18,929 bases of DNA, taken from the UHGV virus genome UHGV-1353644; one strand, given 5' to 3'. How positions within the stretch are numbered: the first letter of the stretch is position 1; every line of letters begins with the position of its first letter. Below are positions 8,326 to 16,492 of this stretch, piece after piece. This DNA comes from a virus. Position numbers and translations under genes: made by a program. The notes under the pieces were generated by a model, which was given only the letters and a program-made list of their open reading frames with translations, was not told where the DNA came from and made no database searches.

Positions 8326-8883
8326 TTAAATGGAAAGATACCATCCGTTGTAGTTACTTTTTCTTACAACCTTACGAAGGTCTTCTCTATCACCAATGAA
8401 CTTCGGAGTGTACTGGATGACACCTGGATGAATTTCTTTAGTGTTGAATATAATTATACAGTCAGCGACCTGATGATTCAGAATGGGCCCTAGATTTATT
8501 CCAGAACCGTATGGATACTCTCCGCTGCATCCTGTTGTTACCGAAATCCAACGAGAGTCAGTTTGATGTGTTTTGACTTCTACTCGAAGCCCACAGTATT
8601 TTGGATGTGCCAAAACATCCCATGCATATGTATACGGGTCATCTACATCTTCTTGACCTTTGTTAACATATCCACTTAACCAATCTGCTACAACATACTC
8701 GGCATACACTGCGATACGGCATCTTTCGATAACTTCTGCCTTATCCTGATTTGGATTTTGCTTTAAAGAATATCTCGCAGTATCAGCAATTTTGACCTTC
8801 ATTTCACTAGTCAAGTCACCGTTCGATAGGGTAAATGTCGGAATCTGAAATAGTCTCTGTAACCCCGGATTCGTTTTCTGCAT
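8326..8883 (-). CDS. denB: Endonuclease IV DenB-like (185 aa)
   Basis: Length and position between rIIB and ndd agree with recalled T4 denB. SD AAGGAAA upstream of the ATG at 8883. No diagnostic motif checked. Confidence 0.65.
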   Translation of the reverse strand: MQKTNPGLQRLFQIPTFTLSNGDLTSEMKVKIADTARYSLKQNPNQDKAEVIERCRIAVYAEYVVADWLSGYVNKGQEDVDDPYTYAWDVLAHPKYCGLRVEVKTHQTDSRWISVTTGCSGEYPYGSGINLGPILNHQVADCIIIFNTKEIHPGVIQYTPKFIGDREDLRKVVRKSNYNGWYLSI

Positions 8884-9145
8884 TTAGACTTTCCTTTTTA
8901 CCGCTGAGATAAGCGTTATACACTTTAAGAGTACCGTAGTAAATTCGATCGTTTTCATCTAAAGACTCGCGGTCAAGTTCATCGAGTTCCTTTTTATCCA
9001 TGACTATAACATCATTGCAGTAAAGAAACCCAAGTTTTTCGTGACCAAACTCTAATTTATTACAATACACAATGTTAGCGTGATGATTACCATGTAAAGA
9101 AATTTCTTTCATGTCGGAATCACCGATATTCATACAATAAATCAT
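8816..9145 (-). CDS. Hypothetical protein (109 aa); 3' end overlaps the denB start by 68 nt
   Basis: ORF track; SD AAGGTGA upstream of the ATG at 9145. Acidic C-terminal half; contains GDSD...HGNHH. Confidence 0.5.
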   Translation of the reverse strand: MIYCMNIGDSDMKEISLHGNHHANIVYCNKLEFGHEKLGFLYCNDVIVMDKKELDELDRESLDENDRIYYGTLKVYNAYLSGKKESLNAENESGVTETISDSDIYPIER

Positions 9146-9155
9146 AATTCACCTT

Positions 9156-9178
9156 AAAACAAAAGGGCCGAAGCCCTT
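9156..9178 (-). terminator. Rho-independent terminator (UUCG-loop hairpin plus U-tract) after the 64-aa ORF
   Basis: Minus-strand RNA: AAGGGC-UUCG-GCCCUU followed by UUGUUUU. The stem includes the ORF's stop codon. Confidence 0.6.
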
Positions 9179-9188
9179 ATTTAAATTG
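9163..9188. repeat. 26-bp direct repeat, copy 1 (aagggccgaagcccttatttaaattg)
   Basis: Identical to 9386-9411. Covers the last codons (QFK-stop) of the 64-aa ORF plus the UUCG hairpin. Confidence 0.85.
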
Positions 9189-9371
9189 CGCAATTCTTTT
9201 CTCTAGACATTCAGCATAAGATTTCATTGAGATAAACTGTGAAAGCAGTAATTCTTGTTCAACTTCATTAACTGTTAGAAACTTCGTGCTTTCTAAAAAT
9301 TTGCCCAGTGCATTAATTTTGAGCATTAATTGTTCGTATTCTTCTTTTACTCGTGCTTGATAACCTAACAT
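9177..9371 (-). CDS. Hypothetical protein (64 aa), predicted helical
   Basis: ORF track; SD AAGGAAA upstream of the ATG at 9371. Flanked by the two copies of the 26-bp repeat. Confidence 0.6.
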   Translation of the reverse strand: MLGYQARVKEEYEQLMLKINALGKFLESTKFLTVNEVEQELLLSQFISMKSYAECLEKRIAQFK

Positions 9372-9385
9372 AATTTTCCTTAGTT

Positions 9386-9411
9386 AAGGGCCGAAGCCCT
9401 TATTTAAATTG
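9386..9411. repeat. 26-bp direct repeat, copy 2 (aagggccgaagcccttatttaaattg)
   Basis: Identical to 9163-9188. Covers the last codons (QFK-stop) of rIIB plus the UUCG hairpin; here no U-tract follows. Confidence 0.85.
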
Positions 9412-10338
9412 TTCAGTAACGTCTTCAACTACTTCGTATTGACAGGTGCGCATTTTAGCATCGTTGTAATCAATCGGAATTGATACTACATCACGAGGAT
9501 GTACTTTAACTTTTACAACTCGGCTGGTTGAACTACCGAAGTGACGAATATAAGATTTAGAACACACATGCAAACCACGAGAACAAGTTTGTGTATCATC
9601 GTCATTCACACGAGTACGCGGCATTTTAACTACTTTACCCGGACTGTTATCAAAGGTATTTGAGTGGCAATCAAAGTAATTGCTGCGAACTACTTTCCAA
9701 GCATAGAAGTAACCATCTTCTGTGATTTCAATATCGTTTGCTACCAAAAAATCAAAGAGTCGAGATACCGCTTTTTGGCTCGGGTTTTCCAACAGATTTT
9801 CCAAGAACGGAAAATAAAATTCAAAGTTTTCGCCTTTTTCCATCGAGTCAAGAATACGATCAACTAGACCAGACCGCAATTCGATATTTTGATAAAACAA
9901 GCTTCCACCTTCAATTCGAACATCACCGGAAATATATTTTTCAACAGCGCGACGAACATTAATTTTTTGTGCTGCTTCTTCCAACTTATCCGCTACGAGC
10001 AGATTAAGAATTTCCTGGAAGTTTGAATGAGTGTTAGGAGTTGCGTTATAAGTTACACCGTCAACAGTAATTGAAATGAATTTTTTAGAAGCATTCCAAA
10101 TAATGTCAGATTTAGCAACTGGAGCAATAGCTACATCGCTATTAACTTTAACTGTAATGTCACCACTAATAGTAACTTTAGAGCGTTCAGCTTCTTCAGC
10201 ATTTTTCAAAACACGACGGATTGTGTCAACCGATACACCCTTCCAATCAGCCAGTTCCTGCTGAGTATAATTACCGCTTGAATATAGTTCAACGATTTCA
10301 GCTTGTTCGTTTTTGGTCAGGCATTTAATATTGTACAT
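9400..10338 (-). CDS. rIIB: rIIB protein (312 aa)
   Basis: Length 312 aa as in T4; lies immediately downstream of rIIA with an 11-nt gap; translation begins MYNIKCLTKNEQAEIVELYSSGNYTQQELADWKGVS as recalled for T4 rIIB. Confidence 0.95.
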   Translation of the reverse strand: MYNIKCLTKNEQAEIVELYSSGNYTQQELADWKGVSVDTIRRVLKNAEEAERSKVTISGDITVKVNSDVAIAPVAKSDIIWNASKKFISITVDGVTYNATPNTHSNFQEILNLLVADKLEEAAQKINVRRAVEKYISGDVRIEGGSLFYQNIELRSGLVDRILDSMEKGENFEFYFPFLENLLENPSQKAVSRLFDFLVANDIEITEDGYFYAWKVVRSNYFDCHSNTFDNSPGKVVKMPRTRVNDDDTQTCSRGLHVCSKSYIRHFGSSTSRVVKVKVHPRDVVSIPIDYNDAKMRTCQYEVVEDVTEQFK

Positions 10339-10349
10339 AATTTTCCTTA

Positions 10350-12527
10350 TTAGGCCGCAAGGGCCTTCATAGTTTTAGCGATTTGGGAAACTTCATCATC
10401 ACTTAAAGAGTTGCGATATCCGATGAAGTCGGAAACAATACGGAATTTCTTGGTAAACTCAGCAACCATTTTATCACTGTTTTTTGAAGCATTATATGAT
10501 AATTTATCAAAAAGATTAGTTACTGTCCAGATGTCATGACCGATGGTATCTTTTCCACCGTTAAAATATACACCCTGTAATGAACTAACCATATTAGCGA
10601 GTCGTGTATATTTTTCAGAAACTTCATCTGTACTGAAGTACTTCATCATAAAATCTAACTCAGGATACTTGATGATTTTATCAATATATCGTTTAGCTGA
10701 ACTTGAATAACCTACGTACTCATCATAATCTACATCATCAAAAGCATCTACATATAAATCACGCACAGTTTCAAAAATACATTGGCACTGACCAAGTTCT
10801 TTTACCTTTTTCTGTAAAAGAGGACGAATAACATAAAATTCATTAATGCCAATAAGATTAGCCATACGAATCAAAATATTCATAGATGGATTACAAAGAG
10901 ATGTAGTACCATCCATAGAGAAAATATCAGAACGATGCATATACGCTACATAACCAGTAATTTCATCTGCTTCTGACGTAAGCGTAAATAGTTCTTCTTT
11001 TTCCCAACGCCCATCTTTAATTTCAAACTTAAATGCTGTAGCAGCTTTAGGACGAGGAGCTTTACTTTTAACTGCCTTCGGAATATAGCTTTTAACTAAA
11101 GCTTCAATTTCTGACAAATAATGAATGTTAACTTCATCACTTTCAAACATCGCCATAATATCAGGAAGTAAATCAATTTGTGATTCTACTTCTGGATTAA
11201 TAAACAGAAGACGCTCATTATGATGAATATTTAAAGTGTTATTAAATTCACTATCATCTAACGCATGTGCTAATCCACGGACAATATTAACACGATTTTT
11301 AATATCATCAATAACGATATTAATTTTTGTTGTATTAATACCGAACAGACGATAGCTTGATGCAACGGCTGAAGTTTCATGGCTTTGCTTAATGCGTTTC
11401 AGTCGAGGGTCAAGATTTACTTCATACACAACCCCTGCATTACATAACTTACTATCAGGTTCAAACATGCTCTGCATCTTCTTATATGACAGATTTTTAG
11501 TCGTGAATTTGACTGAATTACTAATCATATAATCTCGAGCAGAATATCCCATCTTCATCAATTCACGATATGTGTGACGAGGAGATGTAGATTCTTTAAA
11601 TCGTTTTACATCTTCATTAAATGCTTGCTCACTGAGTTCTTTAACTCGTTCAATAATATTTTTACGAGTACGATCATCCAGTGAAAGAGCCTCGCGAGAT
11701 GGAGCAATATCAAGTGAACCCATTGGAAACTTAATGTAATTCACTTCATTACGAATGCTTAGCCAGTTACGCTCTCTAATAACACCATCAATAGGATAAA
11801 CAATACCGCCATAGATAGCATACAATCCACCACGATCAGGCCAATATCTTTCTGGATTTACGCCATAGTAGTCATCAAAATCCGGAAAATAATCAATTTC
11901 ACGGTCAAGACCATTAATGATAGCCAAATCTTTGAACGGCCGCATGATATAAGAAACTTCATAAGCAAAGTTTCTAAAGTCTTTTTCTTCAACTGGAACT
12001 ACGATTTCAATACCAGTTTTATCATCTGGACCCATTTCTTTTACGAATGTAGGTTTAATTTGTGGACCATCGCCATCCATATAAGCTACATAACCACGAA
12101 TTTCGCCTTTATGATACGAAGTAATACTAAACGTATCAGTATAACTAAATGGAGATTTAGAACCTAAACCAAATCCGCCAATGAAATCGTTGGATTCGGC
12201 TTTAGATGAACTGAAGTATGAATTATACAGACCAGGAGAATTATCATCACCCTGAATATCAAAATCACTCATACCTGGACCAAAATCTCGGCAAACAAAT
12301 CGCGGATCTAATCGTCCAGGAACTTGTATGATAAATTTTTCAGGATTTCCATTGAGTGCATGAGCATCAATCATGTTAGTAATTAATTCACGGACTACTG
12401 CGCGAATCTTGTTTGTATACAAATCAGACGACAAAATTTTAAATACTTTAGGAGATGCTGTGATGCTAAATGCTTTTGATTTAGAACCATTACCAAGAAT
12501 TGTTTCTTTTTCAGTGGTGATAATCAT
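10350..12527 (-). CDS. rIIA: rIIA protein (725 aa) with N-terminal GHKL-type ATPase fold
   Basis: Length 725 aa as in T4; translation carries GHKL motifs ([11 protein letters not shown]-box, RDFGPGM G1, [10 protein letters not shown]2) and matches recalled T4 rIIA. Confidence 0.95.
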   Translation of the reverse strand: MIITTEKETILGNGSKSKAFSITASPKVFKILSSDLYTNKIRAVVRELITNMIDAHALNGNPEKFIIQVPGRLDPRFVCRDFGPGMSDFDIQGDDNSPGLYNSYFSSSKAESNDFIGGFGLGSKSPFSYTDTFSITSYHKGEIRGYVAYMDGDGPQIKPTFVKEMGPDDKTGIEIVVPVEEKDFRNFAYEVSYIMRPFKDLAIINGLDREIDYFPDFDDYYGVNPERYWPDRGGLYAIYGGIVYPIDGVIRERNWLSIRNEVNYIKFPMGSLDIAPSREALSLDDRTRKNIIERVKELSEQAFNEDVKRFKESTSPRHTYRELMKMGYSARDYMISNSVKFTTKNLSYKKMQSMFEPDSKLCNAGVVYEVNLDPRLKRIKQSHETSAVASSYRLFGINTTKINIVIDDIKNRVNIVRGLAHALDDSEFNNTLNIHHNERLLFINPEVESQIDLLPDIMAMFESDEVNIHYLSEIEALVKSYIPKAVKSKAPRPKAATAFKFEIKDGRWEKEELFTLTSEADEITGYVAYMHRSDIFSMDGTTSLCNPSMNILIRMANLIGINEFYVIRPLLQKKVKELGQCQCIFETVRDLYVDAFDDVDYDEYVGYSSSAKRYIDKIIKYPELDFMMKYFSTDEVSEKYTRLANMVSSLQGVYFNGGKDTIGHDIWTVTNLFDKLSYNASKNSDKMVAEFTKKFRIVSDFIGYRNSLSDDEVSQIAKTMKALAA

Positions 12528-12537
12528 AATTTCCTCA

Positions 12538-12741
12538 TTAATTCATATTGCGCTTAATAACTTCAGCAACTTCTAGTAATTCATCTTTAGTTGCGGTGTC
12601 GGATTGAATTTTATCTCTAATATCTTTAAAGCGGTTTTTAAACTCTTCGGCTTCTCCCATATCGAAAAAGCGTTGAATGATTCTGTATTCTCGATGAACT
12701 GCTTTATCAAAAAGTTCTAAATTTACTCTGTATGATTTCAT
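12538..12741 (-). CDS. Hypothetical protein (67 aa), rIIA.1 position
   Basis: ORF track; SD GAGGA upstream of the ATG at 12741; 10 nt upstream of the rIIA start. Confidence 0.65.
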   Translation of the reverse strand: MKSYRVNLELFDKAVHREYRIIQRFFDMGEAEEFKNRFKDIRDKIQSDTATKDELLEVAEVIKRNMN

Positions 12742-12765
12742 TCCAATATCCTCATTTGCCCAATT

Positions 12766-12797
12766 AATTATACCACATCCTTGTGGTAAAGTAAACT
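12766..12797 (-). promoter_or_regulatory. T4 early-type promoter for rIIA.1-rIIA-rIIB, abutting the gp39 stop codon
   Basis: Minus strand: GTTTAC (complement of 12791-12796, overlapping the gp39 TAG by 1 nt), 18 nt ending ATGTGG, TATAAT (complement of 12767-12772). Confidence 0.6.
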
Positions 12798-14613
12798 ACT
12801 GGCTCATCCATTCTTTGCGAAGGTCAGCATTATCTCCCATGAGCATTTCAAAAAGCTCTTTCCAATTCTCAGGAAGTTTAACAACATCATATACTGGATT
12901 TTGAATCATCTCACGATATTCAGATTTTTCCAAAGAGCCAAGTCCTTTAATATAACGGATGCTATGTTTAGGTAGAGCATCTTTGGCACTCTCATATTCA
13001 GCGACTGTATAAAACCATTCTTGTTTTTTACCGACCTGAGCGATGATTACAGGAGTTTTGACAAAGCGAATTCGCCCCTGTTCAAACAGTTCTGGCCAAT
13101 TACTAAAAAATCCAAGCAGAGAAGGATAAATGCTTCCTAGACCATCATGGTCAGCATCAGTCATAATAGCAATATTACGATAATTCAAGTTTTCAGCTTT
13201 TTCACCAAGAACTAGACCAGTGATTGCGCAAATATCAAATAGTTCTTTGTTTTTAAGCATATCGGCATATGACATACCCCAGCTATTAAGAACTTTACCA
13301 CGCAATGGATAACCACCATGAAGTTCTTTATCGCGAACATCAATAAGATATCCGATAGCAGAATCACCCTCAGTTAAGAACAATGTAGTGTCAGCATCTT
13401 TACCACAAAGATTCGCTTTAATATGTTTATGAACCTTAGCTTTAGAAGCCTTTTTAGCTGCTTTAGTTTCTGCTGCTTTTTCTGCCGCCAATTTACGAGC
13501 TAATGCTGCTTCAATAATTGGCATCAAAATTGCTTCATTATTTAGAATAGCGCGTGAAATCTTTTTAGCATCAAGTTGAATATGACTACGAATTTCACCA
13601 AATGGAGAAGTCAAACGCTCTTTAGTTTGAGAATCAAATCGCATGTTTTTCATATCACGAACAAACATAACGATAGTCAAACATTCTTTAACACGTGCTT
13701 TAGTTACATCAATTTTGAACTTACGTTTGATTTGTGGAATAAGGTCTTCACAAATATCATCCATAACACAATCAATGTGATGGCCACCATTCTTAGTGTG
13801 AATGTTATTCACGTAAGTTAATTGACGAAAACCATCCGGTGAACGACCAACCGCAATAGAACAATTTTCTTGCTCTTGAACAATAGCATGCTCATCATAT
13901 TGGCGTGCATATTTCTTAAAATTACCCTGAACCTTTTTACCATTAAAGGTAAATTGAATATCAGGATAAACTACAGCAAGTGTCTGGAGACGATCTAGTG
14001 TAATGTCAAGATAAACTTGGGACAGCTCATTAGTTTCAAATGACATAAAATCAGGAATGAAAGTAACACGAGTTCCTTTCCATTTTCCAGGAATATCTTC
14101 CCATGATTTATTTTCCATGCCATTTGAACAACGAACTACAATATTATTTTGACCATCACCAGTTTCACCGACAAACATCACAGAAAAAATGTTTGTCAAA
14201 CTAGAACCAACACCGTTCATACCACCAGTGACGCGTTCTTTATCATCACCGAAGTTACCACCAGCTTTTGGAATAGTCCAAGCAGCTACCGGACCAGGAA
14301 TTTCTTCGCCGGTAGGTGTTTTAACCATCGCTTGTGGAATACCACGACCGTTATCTTCAACTGTTACTTGATTGTTTTTAATAGTAACATTAATTTTATT
14401 CGCGAATTTAAACTTAGTACGAATACCTTCATCTACTGAGTTATCGATAATTTCATCAATAAGCTTAACAAGACCAGGTACATACTGAACACTTTCCCAT
14501 TTACCAAACAGAAAGCGCTCATGCATTTCATTAGCGGAAGAGCCAATGTACATGCCGCTACGCTTTTTGATATGTTCAATATCGCTCAGAATTTTAATTT
14601 CATTCTTAATCAT
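12796..14613 (-). CDS. 39: DNA topoisomerase II large subunit gp39, unsplit GyrB-like form (605 aa from ATG)
   Basis: GHKL ATPase motif VEDNGRGIP, Toprim motifs LTEGDSA and DADHDG, and PLRGK. One continuous 605/606-aa frame, as in T2-type phages where genes 39 and 60 are fused. ATG at 14613 has SD GAGGA at good spacing (the track starts at GTG 14616). Confidence 0.95.
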   Translation of the reverse strand: MIKNEIKILSDIEHIKKRSGMYIGSSANEMHERFLFGKWESVQYVPGLVKLIDEIIDNSVDEGIRTKFKFANKINVTIKNNQVTVEDNGRGIPQAMVKTPTGEEIPGPVAAWTIPKAGGNFGDDKERVTGGMNGVGSSLTNIFSVMFVGETGDGQNNIVVRCSNGMENKSWEDIPGKWKGTRVTFIPDFMSFETNELSQVYLDITLDRLQTLAVVYPDIQFTFNGKKVQGNFKKYARQYDEHAIVQEQENCSIAVGRSPDGFRQLTYVNNIHTKNGGHHIDCVMDDICEDLIPQIKRKFKIDVTKARVKECLTIVMFVRDMKNMRFDSQTKERLTSPFGEIRSHIQLDAKKISRAILNNEAILMPIIEAALARKLAAEKAAETKAAKKASKAKVHKHIKANLCGKDADTTLFLTEGDSAIGYLIDVRDKELHGGYPLRGKVLNSWGMSYADMLKNKELFDICAITGLVLGEKAENLNYRNIAIMTDADHDGLGSIYPSLLGFFSNWPELFEQGRIRFVKTPVIIAQVGKKQEWFYTVAEYESAKDALPKHSIRYIKGLGSLEKSEYREMIQNPVYDVVKLPENWKELFEMLMGDNADLRKEWMSQ

Positions 14614-14640
14614 CACTTATCCTCGTTTGGTTTCGGGAAT

Positions 14641-14666
14641 ATTATACTCCGGTAATCATAAAGCTA
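14641..14666 (-). promoter_or_regulatory. Candidate MotA-dependent middle promoter upstream of gp39
   Basis: Minus strand: TTTAGCTTTA (MotA-box-like, consensus TGCTTtA), 12 nt, TATAAT (complement of 14641-14646), about 25 nt upstream of the gp39 ATG. Confidence 0.5.
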
Positions 14667-14682
14667 AAGGCCCGAAGGCCTT
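14667..14682 (-). other. UUCG-tetraloop RNA hairpin immediately after the lipoprotein stop codon
   Basis: Minus-strand RNA: AAGGCC-UUCG-GGCCUU. The following sequence is only partly U-rich, so a stabiliser or weak terminator. Confidence 0.5.
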
Positions 14683-14943
14683 TTATTTAAAACGAATAGT
14701 CGAATCCTTAAAGAACAGCCCAGAACATACTGTTCCTTCTACTTTCTGCCCGGTAGGTCCAATAGCACGAAATCCAGTATGTTGGAAATCATTTTCAGAG
14801 CAACCAAACCAATTGTATCCAGTGATTTCAATATTAGTAAACCCACTTGAAGATAAAACTTTGGTTGCATTATCAGCATCAGTACATCCTACTAAAGATA
14901 CTGCTAATACTAATGCCGCGATAGAACGATTAACATATTTCAT
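14683..14943 (-). CDS. Predicted small lipoprotein (86 aa from ATG)
   Basis: Translation MKYVNRSIAALVLAVSLVGCTDADN... has a signal peptide with lipobox LVGC and two further Cys in the mature part. ATG at 14943 (the track extends to TTG 14955). Confidence 0.6.
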   Translation of the reverse strand: MKYVNRSIAALVLAVSLVGCTDADNATKVLSSSGFTNIEITGYNWFGCSENDFQHTGFRAIGPTGQKVEGTVCSGLFFKDSTIRFK

Positions 14944-14947
14944 AATT

Positions 14948-15322
14948 TCACTCAAATTTAATGGCTTGAAGGAGACTAATAATTCTTAAACGGCTTCTTT
15001 CATCTTTAACTGTAAAAGAAAGAGGGTCGCCAGATTTCATAGTGATAGTGCATTCAAAATCAAAATTTTCGGGAACTTCTTCGAAGAAGTCAAATTCTTC
15101 ATCATAAATTAGAACTTCACTCCGCAGACTGTGAAGAATTTTTCCAGCATTTCTGCTAGTTGCTGTACTAATCATCGTAACATTGCGACCTTTCATATCT
15201 TCAACGATAAATTCGCTTGTAGATATTACAGCATTAATAGAACCATTCCTGTGAATAGCAGACATTAGATATTTCTTTTCTTCGCCTTCGCGAATGCGAT
15301 ATTTCTTACCGATTTTAAACAT
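14948..15322 (-). CDS. Hypothetical protein (124 aa)
   Basis: ORF track; its ATG sits 2 nt after the stop of the zinc-ribbon ORF. Confidence 0.6.
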   Translation of the reverse strand: MFKIGKKYRIREGEEKKYLMSAIHRNGSINAVISTSEFIVEDMKGRNVTMISTATSRNAGKILHSLRSEVLIYDEEFDFFEEVPENFDFECTITMKSGDPLSFTVKDERSRLRIISLLQAIKFE

Positions 15323-15324
15323 AA

Positions 15325-15501
15325 TTATCCTTTAAGTAAGTCGTAAAATCCACCATTCACATGCTTAGGAGCAGAAGCCCGACGAGTAGACAAACGATGA
15401 CATTTAGGGCAAACATCATTTTCTCGTTCAGAAATCTTTTTAATTTTTTCATATTCATGCCCACAATCTTTAGATTGGCATTTATAATCATACATCGGCA
15501 T
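15325..15501 (-). CDS. FmdB-like zinc-ribbon protein (58 aa)
   Basis: My own translation: MPMYDYKCQSKDCGHEYEKIKKISERENDVCPKCHRLSTRRASAPKHVNGGFYDLLKG. Two CxxC pairs and an MP.Y.Y.C start typical of the FmdB zinc-ribbon family. SD AAGGAA upstream. Below the track cutoff. Confidence 0.6.
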   Translation of the reverse strand: MPMYDYKCQSKDCGHEYEKIKKISERENDVCPKCHRLSTRRASAPKHVNGGFYDLLKG

Positions 15502-15503
15502 AA

Positions 15504-15920
15504 TTATTCCTTAAAATGAGCTTTCAACATCTGATACAAAGACCATGCCTGTTCATTATTTTCAATAGTGACTTTCATTAAAGGAAAATCAGAAGATGTA
15601 TCAGTTACTGGTACAGGTTCTTCCTGCTCTTCGGCAGCCTGATATGGATTTCCCACTTCATCGAAGAACCCAGCTTCATTCGTGGAGAGCCAGATAAAGT
15701 TTTCATCAAGGATATCACCGCCTGTTGCGTATCCAACTGTGCCAGTAGATGTCACAATTTTAGTAGGACGCCCAAGATGGTCAACATCTAAAATTTTAAA
15801 AGGATGCATACCTAAACGCCGCGCATAGATTCCGTTATCAGTATGGTCTTTAATAAAATTTTCTTGAGCTTGTTTATTTTTAAATTGATACCATTTATTA
15901 ACTTCAAATTTAATAGCCAT
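15504..15920 (-). CDS. Hypothetical protein (138 aa from ATG), possibly goF-like by position
   Basis: ATG at 15920 preceded by SD GGAAGGA (the track uses an upstream TTG). Acidic central region. Size and position are close to recalled T4 goF; identity not verified. Confidence 0.55.
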   Translation of the reverse strand: MAIKFEVNKWYQFKNKQAQENFIKDHTDNGIYARRLGMHPFKILDVDHLGRPTKIVTSTGTVGYATGGDILDENFIWLSTNEAGFFDEVGNPYQAAEEQEEPVPVTDTSSDFPLMKVTIENNEQAWSLYQMLKAHFKE

Positions 15921-16135
15921 TAATAAATTTCCTTCCAATAAGTTGTGCCATCTTCAGTAATTTCACGAAATACGCCATAAATTGGTTGTTTATCACCGAC
16001 TTTTTCATACACATAAACCGAAGTCAAGTGAGTAAACTTAACAGTGTGTTCCTTTTGAACTACTACCAAATCTGGGTCAAATAATACATCTTCAAATTCA
16101 TCATTAGTGCAATTCTGAACAATTTTACGTTTCAT
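15920..16135 (-). CDS. cef: Cef-like small protein (71 aa)
   Basis: Length 71 aa and position (between the goF-position gene and the motB side) agree with recalled T4 cef. SD GAGGAAA upstream. Sequence identity not verified. Confidence 0.45.
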   Translation of the reverse strand: MKRKIVQNCTNDEFEDVLFDPDLVVVQKEHTVKFTHLTSVYVYEKVGDKQPIYGVFREITEDGTTYWKEIY

Positions 16136-16148
16136 TACAATTTCCTCA

Positions 16149-16418
16149 TTAATTGAACAGTGGAGTGATGCGTTTCAGAAGAGTAGCAGCACCTTTGGCG
16201 AATTTTACATCATGAAAAACAGTTTCTTCTTCCATTACAACACGAGCTTTAATGTTTTCGCAATCCCAATTTTTACGAACAATCTTCAAAAGCTGTAGTA
16301 AATCTTTACATTCAGCAATATCGATAACACATCCGCGAGAATCTTCCATTATCGCACGATAACCATAAGCCATACCATAATCGTTGAAAGATTGTTCGAT
16401 GATGATTAAGTTTTCCAT
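16149..16418 (-). CDS. Hypothetical protein (89 aa from ATG)
   Basis: ATG at 16418 preceded by SD GGAGAA, about 45 nt downstream of a promoter (the track uses an upstream TTG). Confidence 0.6.
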   Translation of the reverse strand: MENLIIIEQSFNDYGMAYGYRAIMEDSRGCVIDIAECKDLLQLLKIVRKNWDCENIKARVVMEEETVFHDVKFAKGAATLLKRITPLFN

Positions 16419-16460
16419 TTTATTCTCCAAGTTGTTTTCTGTATCAGTAGTTGATATTGA

Positions 16461-16492
16461 TATAGTACCATAATCAACTACTGATGTATATA
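16461..16492 (-). promoter_or_regulatory. T4 early-type promoter with atypical -35 and a flanking 13-bp inverted repeat
   Basis: Minus strand: TGGTACTAT -10 (complement of 16462-16467) and the conserved leader ATCAATATCAACTACTGATAC, but no GTTTAC at the expected spacing. An alternative GTTTAA-16nt-TATATA lies just upstream. 13-bp inverted repeat at 16443-16455 and 16473-16485 brackets the -10. Confidence 0.45.

Noticed and set aside
7414-8344. Longer ORF-track forms of several genes (7414-7623, 8039-8344, 7209-7427, 5951-6139, 15504-15938, 16149-16430, 17626-18165, 14683-14955)
   Set aside because: The track's upstream extensions begin at TTG or GTG codons without Shine-Dalgarno sequences and in three cases run through the promoter that should drive the gene. 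Internal ATGs with good SD spacing were preferred.
12538-14616. Searched for a split gene 60, the 50-nt translational bypass element and a mobA-type homing endonuclease between gp39 and rIIA
   Set aside because: Not present; gp39 is one continuous frame and only a 67-aa ORF separates it from rIIA.
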